NCBI GenBank assembly: GCA_963736855.1 | Contig: CAVTQK010000021.1 | Span: forward strand, 32,001-96,000 | Origin: an uncultured delta proteobacterium | GTDB lineage: Bacteria > Desulfobacterota > Desulfobacteria > Desulfobacterales > UBA2156 | Direction of reading: 5' to 3' | Length of the DNA stretch: 64,000 nucleotides | In this document: positions 1 to 9,865 of the stretch, in pieces | Position numbering within the stretch: position 1 is the first letter of the stretch | Layout of the letters: each line of letters opens with the position of its first letter | The notes under the pieces: model-generated | The model's input: only the letters and a program-made list of their open reading frames with translations | The model's database searches: none | What the model was told of the DNA's origin: nothing | Program-made: the position numbers and the translations under genes

Positions 1-279
1 TCTCTTGTCGGCGATTGACTTGATTCCACCGAGGCTTTTCGCATACTCTTTGATCAGGGACTGATCCTGTGGATGCTTCCGATATTCGTCACTGTAGATG
101 TCAATCGCCTTCTGGTACTCACCTGCCTCCATATGTTTTTTAGCCAGATTTGCAGCTTGACTTGATGTCTGTACAGAACTTTTTGGTGATACCGAGCTTT
201 TTTTCTCAGCACAAGACTGGCACAGGAGCAAGGATATGAGGACGAAGAGAAGCAGTTTTGGCCTTAAGAGATCCGTCAT
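1..279 (-). CDS. Putative lipoprotein with TPR-like helices (runs off window start)
   Basis: Not in the ORF track. ATG at 279 overlaps the HD-GYP stop (TGATG). Reads MTDLLRPKLLLFVLISLLLCQSCAEKK...AKKHMEAGEYQKAIDIY, i.e. signal peptide with lipobox-like Cys then a TPR-like motif; open to position 1. Confidence 0.7.
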   Translation of the reverse strand, partial: MTDLLRPKLLLFVLISLLLCQSCAEKKSSVSPKSSVQTSSQAANLAKKHMEAGEYQKAIDIYSDEYRKHPQDQSLIKEYAKSLGGIKSIADKR

Positions 280-1742
280 CAAACCACCTTCAAAACAGAT
301 AGCGGCCTGGGATAGGAGCTGTGCCTTTCTATCTGCTCGATGAAGACGGCAACAAGATTCGGACGGAACTGCACACCTGACATTCGATTAATCTCTCTCA
401 AGGCTTCCTTCTCGGAGAGCGCCTTCCTGTAAGGCCTGTCCGAGGTCATCGCATCAAACGTATCCGCTATGGATATAATCGCTGCAAACAGGGGAATATT
501 GTCTCCGACCAATCCGTCAGGATAACCTTTGCCGTTGTACCATTCATGGTGGTGGCGGGTGGAGGGAATATACTTAGCCAACGAGGGAGCCCAGCTGAGA
601 ATGGAGGAGCCGTACTCTACATGGTGCATCATCTCCTTATATTCAGCAGGGCTCAGTTTACCTGGCTTGAGCAAAATTGAGTCAGGCGTCTTGATCTTTC
701 CCACGTCATGAAAGAGACATGCGACCTCAAGATCGGTTAGCTCATCACTGGAAAGCCCTATCTGTTTGCCGATGAGAAGGGATAGCTGAGCGACCCGTGC
801 AGAATGCCCATGGGTATAGGAGTCTCTTGCATCTATGGCTGCAGCCACCACTTTGACTATGGAAACATACGCCTCTTCGAGATCGAGGGCATATTTATTC
901 AGTTTGCCCCTCTGTTCCGCGATCTGTGCAGACATTTCATTGAAATTGCGTGTCAGATGACCCAACTCATCCTGAGAATAGATCCTGAGCGGCTTCTTGG
1001 CGGTTCCGTTTTTCAATTCATCTACACCTGCGGAGAGTTCTTTTATGGGCTTAATGAGGAATGATGCGAGCAGCGAACTCGCAAAGATTCCTAGTACTAC
1101 AATTATTCCGAATACAATGAGTATCCTATAAGTAACTTTTCCCTGCGCCTCCATCAGGACAGACCTGTTCATGCCGAGGATCACATTGCCCAGCGGCTTC
1201 TTCATGAAAGCGATGGGGCACGATATTTCAAATATGGTACCTGACGGGTTTGGCAACTCTCTTATTATTGTCCCGTCAACAGCCTTTCTAAGAAGGCGAC
1301 CCTGTTTGAAAAGCATGGTTTCCCCGATCATCGGAGTGTCGCTATGAACGATAACATTCATGGTTGGATCGACGATGGCCACATAAGGCATGTCGCTATT
1401 TGATGACCTGGCCTTATAAACAAGATTATCCAGGCCCAGGAGATCCCCTGACAGAAGACTGTACCCTGCCGACGCAGCGATGCTCTTGCCTACGGATTCT
1501 CCTCTTTTAATGATCTCATTCAGTACGTAGTCGTTCATGATTTGAATCGTCATGATGCAAAGGGCAAAAGATGTACAGGTGAGAAGTATAACTGTAAAAA
1601 AAGTGATTTTGAACCGCAGGCTTGCAGACCGGAATCGCTGTGCCATCAGTAGCAGTGTGGCCTTGAAGAACCCCATCAGCGCAAGAATGTAGGATGCTAT
1701 CTTAGTGGCAAAAGAATGCTGCCAAGCAATCTTAGTAAACAC
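279..1742 (-). CDS. Membrane HAMP + HD-GYP cyclic-di-GMP phosphodiesterase
   Basis: Two TM segments, HAMP (DELGHLTRNFNEM), HDVGK and HHEWYNGKGYP motifs; true start probably an ATG at 1676 or 1646. Confidence 0.9.
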   Translation of the reverse strand: MFTKIAWQHSFATKIASYILALMGFFKATLLLMAQRFRSASLRFKITFFTVILLTCTSFALCIMTIQIMNDYVLNEIIKRGESVGKSIAASAGYSLLSGDLLGLDNLVYKARSSNSDMPYVAIVDPTMNVIVHSDTPMIGETMLFKQGRLLRKAVDGTIIRELPNPSGTIFEISCPIAFMKKPLGNVILGMNRSVLMEAQGKVTYRILIVFGIIVVLGIFASSLLASFLIKPIKELSAGVDELKNGTAKKPLRIYSQDELGHLTRNFNEMSAQIAEQRGKLNKYALDLEEAYVSIVKVVAAAIDARDSYTHGHSARVAQLSLLIGKQIGLSSDELTDLEVACLFHDVGKIKTPDSILLKPGKLSPAEYKEMMHHVEYGSSILSWAPSLAKYIPSTRHHHEWYNGKGYPDGLVGDNIPLFAAIISIADTFDAMTSDRPYRKALSEKEALREINRMSGVQFRPNLVAVFIEQIERHSSYPRPLSVLKVV

Positions 1743-1978
1743 GGATGACTACCCCAATATTCGCATCATTCGCAAGTTTGGCATGGAAGATGCCGGAGTA
1801 TGAGTTGCCATATAAAAGAAATGATAAGAACGCTTTTTTCCAAGCGGAGTAATCGAGAAAATGAGTTGTATATCGGCATCATCTGTGACACAAGATACGG
1901 GGCACACAGTTCTCATAGCCGACGGGTTTTAATTATCGGAAAGAGGGTAAGATGTCAATCGGGATTTAATTTTATCAT

Positions 1979-2013
1979 CCCCACCCGAATCCTCCCCCAT
2001 CGATGGGGAGGGG
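1979..2013. repeat. REP-like GC-rich hairpin downstream of korB
   Basis: CCCCACCCGAATCCTCCCCCATCGATGGGGAGGGG contains a CCTCCCC/GGGGAGG stem; single copy in the window. Confidence 0.45.
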
Positions 2014-2055
2014 AAAAAACAGGTTTTTGCTCTAATTAAGTTCCTTGGAAGCTCT

Positions 2056-2922
2056 TTATCCCGATCGCAAATTTGATAGAAATTCCTCTATTTTATCCGG
2101 TGAGACAGGTTTCATCTCGGCCAACGGCTTATCGGTGACATCTTTCCTGAAACGACTGGCAAAAGTTTCGCGCGGCGCGCTTTGGAACAGGATACCCGTG
2201 GGCATTCTGTCACCCGTCTCCAGAACTTTTTTCAAAGCAGATTCGCGGTTGCTCGGGTCATAATCGTTTCCGAGGTTATATACTCTTTCCTTATACCAGC
2301 TCATCGGGTGCGTTCCCCATGTTATGCAAGGCTGGATCACTTCAACATAGGAAAACCCGGTATGTTGAATTGCTGCCACTAGAATAGATTTTAACTGATC
2401 CATATCCCCAGCAAATCCTCTGGCCACAAACGTGCAGTTTTGTATGATGGCGATGGCAGGCATATTCAACGGCGCAATCTCCACGCCGTGAATTTGAAGG
2501 CTGCGTTTTTCCCCAATTCTTGTGGTCGGGGAAGCCTGGCCTTTGGTAAGCGCATAAAATTCGTTGTTATGGACCACGATCGTTATGTCGGGATTGCGAC
2601 GCAGCGCATGGAGGAAATGATTTCCGCCTTCACCATAGCAATCGCCTTCACCGGTAACGACGATGGTCGTCAGAAGCGGGTTGGCTGCATGAATACCCAA
2701 TGCCGCCGGAATGGCCCTTCCGTGCAATCCATTAAAAAAATTGCATTTAAGATAATGCGGAAATTTAGCGGCCTGGCCGATGCCCGATACCAGACAAATC
2801 TCATGCGGCATCTTCCCCAGATCTGCCAAAGCCATTTTGAAAGCGTTCAGGATACCAAAATTGGAACAGCCCGGACACCACTGTATTTCAACGCTGTTTT
2901 TGTAGTCTTCGATGCTATTCAT
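2056..2922 (-). CDS. korB: 2-oxoacid:ferredoxin oxidoreductase beta subunit
   Basis: WCPGC, GLHGRA, TPP-binding GEGD..GEG..N motif, QPC; overlaps the alpha subunit stop. Confidence 0.9.
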   Translation of the reverse strand: MNSIEDYKNSVEIQWCPGCSNFGILNAFKMALADLGKMPHEICLVSGIGQAAKFPHYLKCNFFNGLHGRAIPAALGIHAANPLLTTIVVTGEGDCYGEGGNHFLHALRRNPDITIVVHNNEFYALTKGQASPTTRIGEKRSLQIHGVEIAPLNMPAIAIIQNCTFVARGFAGDMDQLKSILVAAIQHTGFSYVEVIQPCITWGTHPMSWYKERVYNLGNDYDPSNRESALKKVLETGDRMPTGILFQSAPRETFASRFRKDVTDKPLAEMKPVSPDKIEEFLSNLRSG

Positions 2923-4588
2923 TGAAGGACCTCCTCACATAACTTCCGGTCAACGGCAGGCCGTCATACCGATTGATAGCACCGGCAAATGTGATTCCGT
3001 ATTCAGAGCGCAACAGTTTTGCCAATTGACCGGTGGCATTGTTTTCAACAACCCAGTATTTCTTCCGTTCCGGGAACTGGTATTGAGGCAGCGGCCATAA
3101 TTCCGTGAAGTGAATCATCCCTGCCCTGATCCCATCCTGGTCAAGCAGTTCAATTCCATCCATCAGGGCCTGTCTTGAAGATCCCCATCCCACAAGGATG
3201 TTGTCTGACCCATCGGCATCGATTTCCTCTGGCAGGTTGATGGCTGCTTTCAGGCTTTGAAATTTCGCGAGCCGTTTCTCCACCATCGCAATGACTGTGC
3301 CGGAAAGGTCCTCGGTGATGTGTCCCCATGCGTCGTGTTCATCGCTATCGGCTGTTACCAGATGCATGCCTTGTCCCGGATACAGGCGCGGCGATATGCC
3401 GCTTTGAGTTATCTGGTAGCGCTGGTAATCTTTGATTTTTGATGGATCAGCAAGACAGTATGTGGGCTTTAGCCCTGTCGGTATGATATCTTCCACTGAA
3501 AAGATGGAATCCATAAGGAATTGATCGGTGAGTAATATGACCGGTATCTGATACTTGTCGGCCAGATCAAACGCGCGCAAGGTTTTCTTAAAGATATCCT
3601 CAATATTGGCTGGCGCAAGCACCATTTTGGGGAATTCGCCATGACCGGCATTGATGGAAAATAAAAGATCCCCTTGCGCCGTTCGGGTCGGCAAACCTGT
3701 AGCCGGGCCGGGTCGCTGGGCCAGGACGATGACCAACGGTGTTTCTGTCATCCCGGCCAAACTGATGGCTTCTACCATCAGTGCAAAGCCGCCGCCGGAA
3801 GTGGCCGTCATGGCTCTTGCCCCGGCAAAGCTGGCTCCAATCGCCATGTTTACGGCGGCGATTTCATCTTCGGCCTGTTCCGTAAACACCCCTAAATCCT
3901 TTTCGTTTTGAGCAAGAATAGTGATAATATCGGTAGAAGGCGACATCGGGTAAGCCGCCATGAAGCGACACCCGGCAAGGACAGCTGCCGTGGCAAGCGC
4001 TTCTTTTCCCGCTATGAGGTTGTAATGAGCATCCAGTTTGGGCAGACGCCAGGGGCAGACGCCCTTGCAACCATCACTGGCAAGGGTATAGCCTTTCGCG
4101 GCCGCTGCAAAATTTTCCGCAATAACCTTTTCCCCTTTTTGGGCAAATTTTTGAGCCAGCACATGGTTGAGAACCTCAAGCTCCATCCCGACAACGGCCA
4201 CCAATGCGCCGATGGCCACCGTGTTGGCGTAAATTTTATTTCCCATTCCCTTCTGGGCGATTTCTGAAAAGGCAATGGTGATCATCTGCTCTCTGGTATT
4301 CTTCTGCGCGATGAGAATGCCGTCTTCTTTAATCAATGGTTCGTATTTCTTGACAGCGCCTTCATTTAACGCAAGAAGAATATCCGCTTTCATGCGCGGC
4401 GCATTGGTCGGTTTCTCGCTGATTCTGATGGAATAACTGTTTTGGCCGCCACGGATTCTGGATTCAAATTCTTGCCAGGCAAATACCGCGTATCCGTGAG
4501 CCGCTATCGTATCGGCAAGCACTTCCCCGACAGTTTGCACACCTTCACCGGCTGCACCGACGATGACAACATTCAGGTCATTCATCAT
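2915..4588 (-). CDS. korA: 2-oxoacid:ferredoxin oxidoreductase alpha (gamma-alpha fusion) subunit
   Basis: GAAGEGV, ESRIRGG, YPMSP, QAEDEIAA, ATSGGG and QRPGPATGLPT motifs; substrate not established. Confidence 0.9.
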   Translation of the reverse strand: MMNDLNVVIVGAAGEGVQTVGEVLADTIAAHGYAVFAWQEFESRIRGGQNSYSIRISEKPTNAPRMKADILLALNEGAVKKYEPLIKEDGILIAQKNTREQMITIAFSEIAQKGMGNKIYANTVAIGALVAVVGMELEVLNHVLAQKFAQKGEKVIAENFAAAAKGYTLASDGCKGVCPWRLPKLDAHYNLIAGKEALATAAVLAGCRFMAAYPMSPSTDIITILAQNEKDLGVFTEQAEDEIAAVNMAIGASFAGARAMTATSGGGFALMVEAISLAGMTETPLVIVLAQRPGPATGLPTRTAQGDLLFSINAGHGEFPKMVLAPANIEDIFKKTLRAFDLADKYQIPVILLTDQFLMDSIFSVEDIIPTGLKPTYCLADPSKIKDYQRYQITQSGISPRLYPGQGMHLVTADSDEHDAWGHITEDLSGTVIAMVEKRLAKFQSLKAAINLPEEIDADGSDNILVGWGSSRQALMDGIELLDQDGIRAGMIHFTELWPLPQYQFPERKKYWVVENNATGQLAKLLRSEYGITFAGAINRYDGLPLTGSYVRRSFNE

Positions 4589-4754
4589 TGATTGGCTCCT
4601 CTATCCTTAAAGTCATTTACTTATGGCGTTGCCATTATCCTTAGAACCATGTTTGACCCTCAAACACCGGCGCATCCGGCATCTTTCCGGAGAGTTTACT
4701 CTCTCCATATTTCATGGGATAGATAACAGTCAGAATACCGGTTAAGACGACAAG

Positions 4755-4792
4755 ATTAAACTACTACCGGCTTCAGCCGGTAGTAGTTTAAT
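4755..4792. repeat. Perfect 18-bp-arm palindrome
   Basis: ATTAAACTACTACCGGCT-TC-AGCCGGTAGTAGTTTAAT. Confidence 0.9.
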
Positions 4793-4918
4793 TGAATAAA
4801 AACCGTAATAGCAAACCATCTGCTCGCCCCGGTTCGGGATATGAGTGGAAAGTTGCGCCAGCCGGTCGAGGGGGTCAAATATTTTGGACGATGTGTCACC
4901 TTTGGACTCGTATATGAC
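4793..4918 (-). pseudogene. IS91-family (Y2 rolling-circle) transposase remnant
   Basis: Minus frame reads VIYESKGDTSSKIFDPLDRLAQLSTHIPNRGEQMVCYYGFYS, resembling the HxPxxGEQMVRYYGxYS motif of IS91-like transposases (recalled, not searched). Confidence 0.75.
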
Positions 4919-5172
4919 CGGCTGACCGCCGATGGCATTGACTGTCTTTTAACGCCTCATAGCAATATGCAAAAAGGGTGTGGGTCCTCTCACCTGAAGA
5001 GCGGGCGCACCGTCAATTACTCAGGACCCGGAGGTAGATCATCGATCAACGCTCAGATGTCATTTGCAAGATCAAGAACCTGCTGTTATTCCACAGTATC
5101 GATGTCCCTTACTCAAGCCGCCGCCAGTGGACCGGTCCCTTTATAAGGTGGCTTCATGATATGGGAAACTTT
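4913..5172 (+). pseudogene. IS110-family transposase remnant
   Basis: YDRLTADGIDCLLTP, then after a deletion/frameshift RVWVLSPEERAHRQLLRTRR*IIDQRSDVICKIKNLLLFHSI...WTGPFIRWL; contains an internal stop. Confidence 0.65.
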
Positions 5173-5173
5173 A

Positions 5174-5438
5174 ACCTAAATTGATCGTTTTCAATTTGGC
5201 AAAAAAGAATTGTGTTTGAATATCCTTGTGTTGGAACGGAGTTGACCATTCCAATTGCCCACCCGTCGGGTGTACCATAAAAGGCATGCAGTGGAATTAT
5301 TTGCCAAATTGAAAACCCTTTGGGATTTCCGATTTCACCGCATCTGCTACGTTGCCGAAAGCTCGACGTACGAATTGTACGCCTTCGCTTCCGGACGCCT
5401 TGCATCTGCGGCAAATTCGAAAATCGCTCAATTTAAGT
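5174..5438 (-). mobile_element. ~265 bp structured MITE-like repeat, copy 1
   Basis: Inverted copy of 40656-40921 (about 13 differences by hand count); imperfect terminal IR ACCTAAATTGA/TCAATTTAAGT and internal IRs. Confidence 0.85.
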
Positions 5439-5490
5439 TTCATTTAAAAAGTACCGAATATTAAGCCAGAGCTGGAACCGTTCATCATTT

Positions 5491-7029
5491 TTATAAGGCT
5501 TCAGAGCGATCCACCGGGTGTCGCTTGAGGTACTCGAGACGGTTTAAACCGTTGACGAATGCCCTGGCGCTGGCGGTGATGATGTCCGGATCCGCTCCTT
5601 TACCGAGGGCGATTAGGCCGTTTTCCCCCAACCGCACGGTGACTTCCCCGAGGGCATCCGTGCCGCTGGTGATGGCGCTTACGGAAAACCGGAGGAGTTC
5701 GGCTTTCGTGCCGGTCAATTTTGAGATGCTCTCGAATGCGGCGTCGATGGGGCCGTTTCCGTATGCGGCTCCGCGCACCATCCTTCCGTTGACGGTGAGC
5801 TGGACACTGGCCATGGGGAGCACGGTGGTGCCGCACGTCACGTGAAGATACTCAAGCTTAAAGGTATCCGCCGTTCTGAGGATTCCTTCCGTTACGATGA
5901 CTTCCAGGTCTTCGTCCACCACATGTTTTTTCTTGTCCGCAAGTTCCTTGAACCGGGTAAAAACAAGCTTGAGTTCTTCGTCGGACAAATCGTAGCCCAT
6001 GTCCTTCAAGCGGTTGCGCAGAGCATGACGGCCGCTGTGTTTTCCCAGGACGAGGCGGTTGGTGCTTAAGCCCACGGTCTCCGGCTTCATGATTTCATAC
6101 GTCATAGGGTTCTTCAGGACACCGTCTTGATGGATTCCGGCTTCGTGAGCAAAAGCATTGGCGCCAACGATGGCCTTGTTGGGTTGGACAATGATGCCGG
6201 TGATCATGCTCGTTAGACGGCTGGTAGGATAAATTTGCTCGGTTCGGATCCCCGTAGTCAAGGGGAAAAAGTTTGGCCGGGTGTGAAGCGCCATAACGAC
6301 TTCTTCCAGAGAAGTGTTTCCGGCCCGTTCACCGATCCCGTTGATCGTCACTTCGGCCTGACGGGCGCCGGCGCTTAGGGCGGCCAGGGTGTTGGACGTG
6401 GCCAATCCCAGATCGTTGTGGCAATGGACGCTGAGTACGGCTTTTCCGATGTTGGGAACATGAGATCGGACGTACTCAACCAGCTTGGCGAACTCCTCGG
6501 GAATGGCGTACCCTACGGTGTCCGGAAGGTTGACCACGGTGGCCCCGGCTTCGATGGCCGCTTCGAATATCCGGCACAAAAAGTCACGGTCGCTTCGCGA
6601 ACCGTCCTCAGCGGAAAATTCGACGTTTTCCGTTAATGTTTTGGAGTAACGCACCGCTTCCACGGCAGTCGATAACACCTCCTCACGGCTCATTTTGAGC
6701 TTGTGGGTCAAGTGGATGTCCGAAGTGGCGATGAAGGTGTGTATCTTCGGTTTTACGGCGTGGCGGACAGCCCCCCAGGCGCGGTCGATATCATTTTTAG
6801 ATGTTCGGGCCAGTCCGGCCACCTCGGCATTTTTGATCTTTTTTGAGATTTCCGAGACCGCTTCGAAATCCCCTTCCGAAGCTGCGGGGAATCCGGCTTC
6901 GATGATATCGACTCCCAATTTTTCCAGTTGGGTGGCGAGGCGCAGCTTTTCAGCGGTATTCATGCTGGCGCCGGGAGACTGCTCCCCGTCGCGCAGGGTG
7001 GTATCGAAGATAAAGACTCTTTCAATCAT
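5491..7029 (-). CDS. leuA: 2-isopropylmalate synthase
   Basis: DTTLRDGEQ, HCHNDLGLA, GIGERAGN, HEAGIHQDG motifs and C-terminal regulatory domain. Confidence 0.96.
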   Translation of the reverse strand: MIERVFIFDTTLRDGEQSPGASMNTAEKLRLATQLEKLGVDIIEAGFPAASEGDFEAVSEISKKIKNAEVAGLARTSKNDIDRAWGAVRHAVKPKIHTFIATSDIHLTHKLKMSREEVLSTAVEAVRYSKTLTENVEFSAEDGSRSDRDFLCRIFEAAIEAGATVVNLPDTVGYAIPEEFAKLVEYVRSHVPNIGKAVLSVHCHNDLGLATSNTLAALSAGARQAEVTINGIGERAGNTSLEEVVMALHTRPNFFPLTTGIRTEQIYPTSRLTSMITGIIVQPNKAIVGANAFAHEAGIHQDGVLKNPMTYEIMKPETVGLSTNRLVLGKHSGRHALRNRLKDMGYDLSDEELKLVFTRFKELADKKKHVVDEDLEVIVTEGILRTADTFKLEYLHVTCGTTVLPMASVQLTVNGRMVRGAAYGNGPIDAAFESISKLTGTKAELLRFSVSAITSGTDALGEVTVRLGENGLIALGKGADPDIITASARAFVNGLNRLEYLKRHPVDRSEAL

Positions 7030-8665
7030 TGTTATGACTCCTCTTTTCTATACGTCGTGGGTATCCGATGTTTTTTTCGGCGGAAAGTTTGTACTGAAAG
7101 CTGTCTTCCAGAGCCTTCCAGCTGGCTTCGATGATATCTTTAGACACGCCGATAGTACTCCAGATCTGATCCTGATCCCGGGAATCGATGAGCACGCGAA
7201 CCTTGGATGCGGTTCCTTCTCGACCGTCGATGACGCGCACCTTGAAATCCACCAGGTGCATGCTGTTGATTTCCGGGAAAAAGGTCTGCAACGCCTTGCG
7301 CAGGGCGTTGTCCAGGGCGCTCACCGGACCGTCTCCTTCCGCAGCGGTGATCTCCTGCTTCCCTCCCACGGAGATCTTTATGGTGGCATGTGCATTGCAT
7401 GGTTCATCCCGGTTCTTTTCGATGGTCACACGGAAAGATTCGAGTTCGAACAGGGGGTGAAATTGGTCGGTCAGCTTTTGGACCAGAATACGGAAAGAGC
7501 CTTCGGCAGCATCGAACTGATAACCCTTCTGTTCGAGATCCTTGATCAGAGACACAATCTTTCGGCTGTCGTGGCCGTTCCCGCCCAGTTCGATCCCGAG
7601 TTCCCTTGCCTTGTATTCGATGTTGCTTTTCCCGGACAAGTCCGACACAAGAACCCGCCGGCTGTTGCCGACGAGTTCCGGATCGATGTGTTCATAGGCC
7701 CTCGGGATCTTCATGACGGCGCTCACATGGATGCCGCCCTTGTGGGCAAAGGCGCTTTTTCCCACGAAGGGCTGGCTGTTGAGTGGGATGATATTGGCAG
7801 TTTCGCTGATGATTTGGGAGATCCGCTTTAAATAGATCATGTTTTCCGGAGGGATGCACGGCCGGTTGAGTTTGAGGGCGATGATCGGGATGAGTGTAAC
7901 GAGGTCGGCGTTTCCGCACCGTTCCCCGTAGCCGTTGATGGTTCCCTGGACCAGCGTGGCCCCGGCTCTAACCGCCGACAAAGTATTGGCCACGGCAAGG
8001 CCGCAGTCGTTGTGGGTGTGAATGCCCAGGACGATGGACCTGTCCCCGGCTGTTAAACCCTGGTTCTCCGCCAAACGGGCGTTCACCTTGCGGACGACGG
8101 CTTCGATTTCATGAGGGAGTGTGCCGCCGTTGGTATCGCAGAGCACGATGCTTTCCGCTCCACCCTCGGCGGCGGCTAAAAGCGTTTCAATCGCATAGTC
8201 AGGGTCGTCCTTGTAGCCGTCGAAGAAGTGCTCGGCATCGTAGACGATTTCCCGGCCTTTCGCCTTCAGATACGCCATCGTATCCCGGATCATGGCGAGG
8301 TTTTCTTTAAGGGTGTTTTCCATCACTTCTTCAACATGCAGGGTCCAGCTTTTTCCGAAGATCGTCACGACCGGTGTCTCGCTTTCGAGGATGGCTTTCA
8401 GGTTATTGTCGTCTTCAGGTGAAATTCCCGGCCTGCGTGTGGCGCCGAAGGCCGCAAGTTTGGCATGTTGAAAGGGGATTGATTTGGCCCTTTCGAAAAA
8501 GAGCTTGTCCCTCGGGTTGGAGCCGGGCCACCCCCCTTCGATGTAGTGGATCCCGAATCGATCCAGGCGTTTCGCGACGGCGATTTTGTCGTCTACGCTG
8601 AAGTTGATGTTTTCCCCCTGGGTGCCGTCTCTGAGAGTGGTGTCGTATAAAAGGATCGGTTTCAT
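7022..8665 (-). CDS. cimA: Citramalate synthase
   Basis: DTTLRDGTQGE, GGWPGSNP, GYGERCGN, HKGGIH motifs; start set at MKPILLYD. Confidence 0.9.
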   Translation of the reverse strand: MKPILLYDTTLRDGTQGENINFSVDDKIAVAKRLDRFGIHYIEGGWPGSNPRDKLFFERAKSIPFQHAKLAAFGATRRPGISPEDDNNLKAILESETPVVTIFGKSWTLHVEEVMENTLKENLAMIRDTMAYLKAKGREIVYDAEHFFDGYKDDPDYAIETLLAAAEGGAESIVLCDTNGGTLPHEIEAVVRKVNARLAENQGLTAGDRSIVLGIHTHNDCGLAVANTLSAVRAGATLVQGTINGYGERCGNADLVTLIPIIALKLNRPCIPPENMIYLKRISQIISETANIIPLNSQPFVGKSAFAHKGGIHVSAVMKIPRAYEHIDPELVGNSRRVLVSDLSGKSNIEYKARELGIELGGNGHDSRKIVSLIKDLEQKGYQFDAAEGSFRILVQKLTDQFHPLFELESFRVTIEKNRDEPCNAHATIKISVGGKQEITAAEGDGPVSALDNALRKALQTFFPEINSMHLVDFKVRVIDGREGTASKVRVLIDSRDQDQIWSTIGVSKDIIEASWKALEDSFQYKLSAEKNIGYPRRIEKRSHNND

Positions 8666-8721
8666 CGATTGTCTCTCCTGAGACCGGAGCTCATGGAAAG
8701 TCCCGGTCCATTGATTGAGCC

Positions 8722-9783
8722 TTATTGCTTTCCAGCTTTTCGGTTTTCGGGCCTCAAGCTCCTGACGGCGGCTCCGGCTTTCCACATTTCGGATTCCCGT
8801 ATGACCTCCAGTTCCTTTTCCAGACCCTGCCGGTAATCGGGACGGCTGTTGGCTTCCAGAACCCGCCGGGTTTCTTTTCCGGATACCACGCTTTCATAGA
8901 GCTCGTCGAAAACCGGGAAAACGGCGTCCCGAAAGCGCGGCGACCAATCAAGGGCACCTCTCTGGGCGGTGGTGCTGCAGTTGGCATACATCCAATCCAT
9001 GCCGTTTTCCGCCACCAAGCGGATCAGGCTCTGGGTGAGTTCTTCTACGGTTTCATTGAAAGCTTCGCTGGGGCTGTGCCCTTTTTTACGGAGCACGGTG
9101 TACTGGGCTTCCATGACACCGGCCAGCGCGCCCATCAGGACCCCTCGCTCCCCGGTCAGGTCGCTGTGTACCTCCTTTTCAAAGGTGGTGGGGAAGAGAT
9201 ATCCGGATCCGATGGCAATCCCCAGGGCAAAGGTTCGCTCTGTTGCCTTACCCGTGAAGTCCTGAAATACGGCATAACTGGAATTGATCCCGCTGCCGTT
9301 TAAAAAGTTGTTGCGAACGGTGCGCCCGGAGCCCTTAGGCGCCACCAGGATGACGTCCACGTTTGGGGGTGGAACGACACCGGTCTGATCTCGGTAGGTG
9401 ATGGCAAAACCATGGGAGAAATAAAGAGCATTGCCGGATTTCAGACAGGGTTTGACTTTCGGCCAGAGAGCCACCTGTCCGGCATCGGATAGCAAATACT
9501 GGATGATGGTTCCTTTGCGTGCGGCTTCCTCGATGGGAAAGAGAGACTTTCCGGGGACAAAGCCGTCGGTTATCGCCTTCTCCCAGGATGCGGTCCCTTC
9601 CCTTTGACCTATAATGACCCGGATGCCGTTGTCACGCATGTTCAGGGCTTGTCCGGGACCCTGGACGCCGTACCCGAGAACGGCCACGGTTTCATCTTTG
9701 AGCGCCTTTTCGGCTTTTTCCATTGAAAATTCCTCCGAGGTGATCACATCTTCAATCACCCCGCCAAAATCGATCTTCGCCAT
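8722..9783 (-). CDS. ilvC: Ketol-acid reductoisomerase
   Basis: GYGVQG, FSHGF, VAPKG, SDLTGERGVLMG, NCSTTA motifs. Confidence 0.96.
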   Translation of the reverse strand: MAKIDFGGVIEDVITSEEFSMEKAEKALKDETVAVLGYGVQGPGQALNMRDNGIRVIIGQREGTASWEKAITDGFVPGKSLFPIEEAARKGTIIQYLLSDAGQVALWPKVKPCLKSGNALYFSHGFAITYRDQTGVVPPPNVDVILVAPKGSGRTVRNNFLNGSGINSSYAVFQDFTGKATERTFALGIAIGSGYLFPTTFEKEVHSDLTGERGVLMGALAGVMEAQYTVLRKKGHSPSEAFNETVEELTQSLIRLVAENGMDWMYANCSTTAQRGALDWSPRFRDAVFPVFDELYESVVSGKETRRVLEANSRPDYRQGLEKELEVIRESEMWKAGAAVRSLRPENRKAGKQ

Positions 9784-9865
9784 TAAGTGACTCCTTTCTT
9801 AAAAAATCGTCGTTTGGCATTCCTTAGAGCCGGTCGGCTGATTCTTAAGGACTAATCCGGTAAGA

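Noticed and set aside
1779..1793. Sigma54-like TGGCATGGAAGATGC on the plus strand
   Set aside because: The -24/-12 spacing is correct, but it points at no credible gene (the 1800-2039 ORF looks spurious); at most a relic
5154..5464. ORFs MPQMQGVRKRRR... and MPTRRVYHK... (and their twins at 40621-40904)
   Set aside because: They lie inside the non-coding repeat, have no RBS, and their 3' frames differ between copies because of an indel
6695..7831. 378-aa plus-strand ORF and other long antisense ORFs (e.g. 50995-52062, 60499-61299, 32086-32865)
   Set aside because: Shadows of well-supported genes on the opposite strand, with no recognisable motifs
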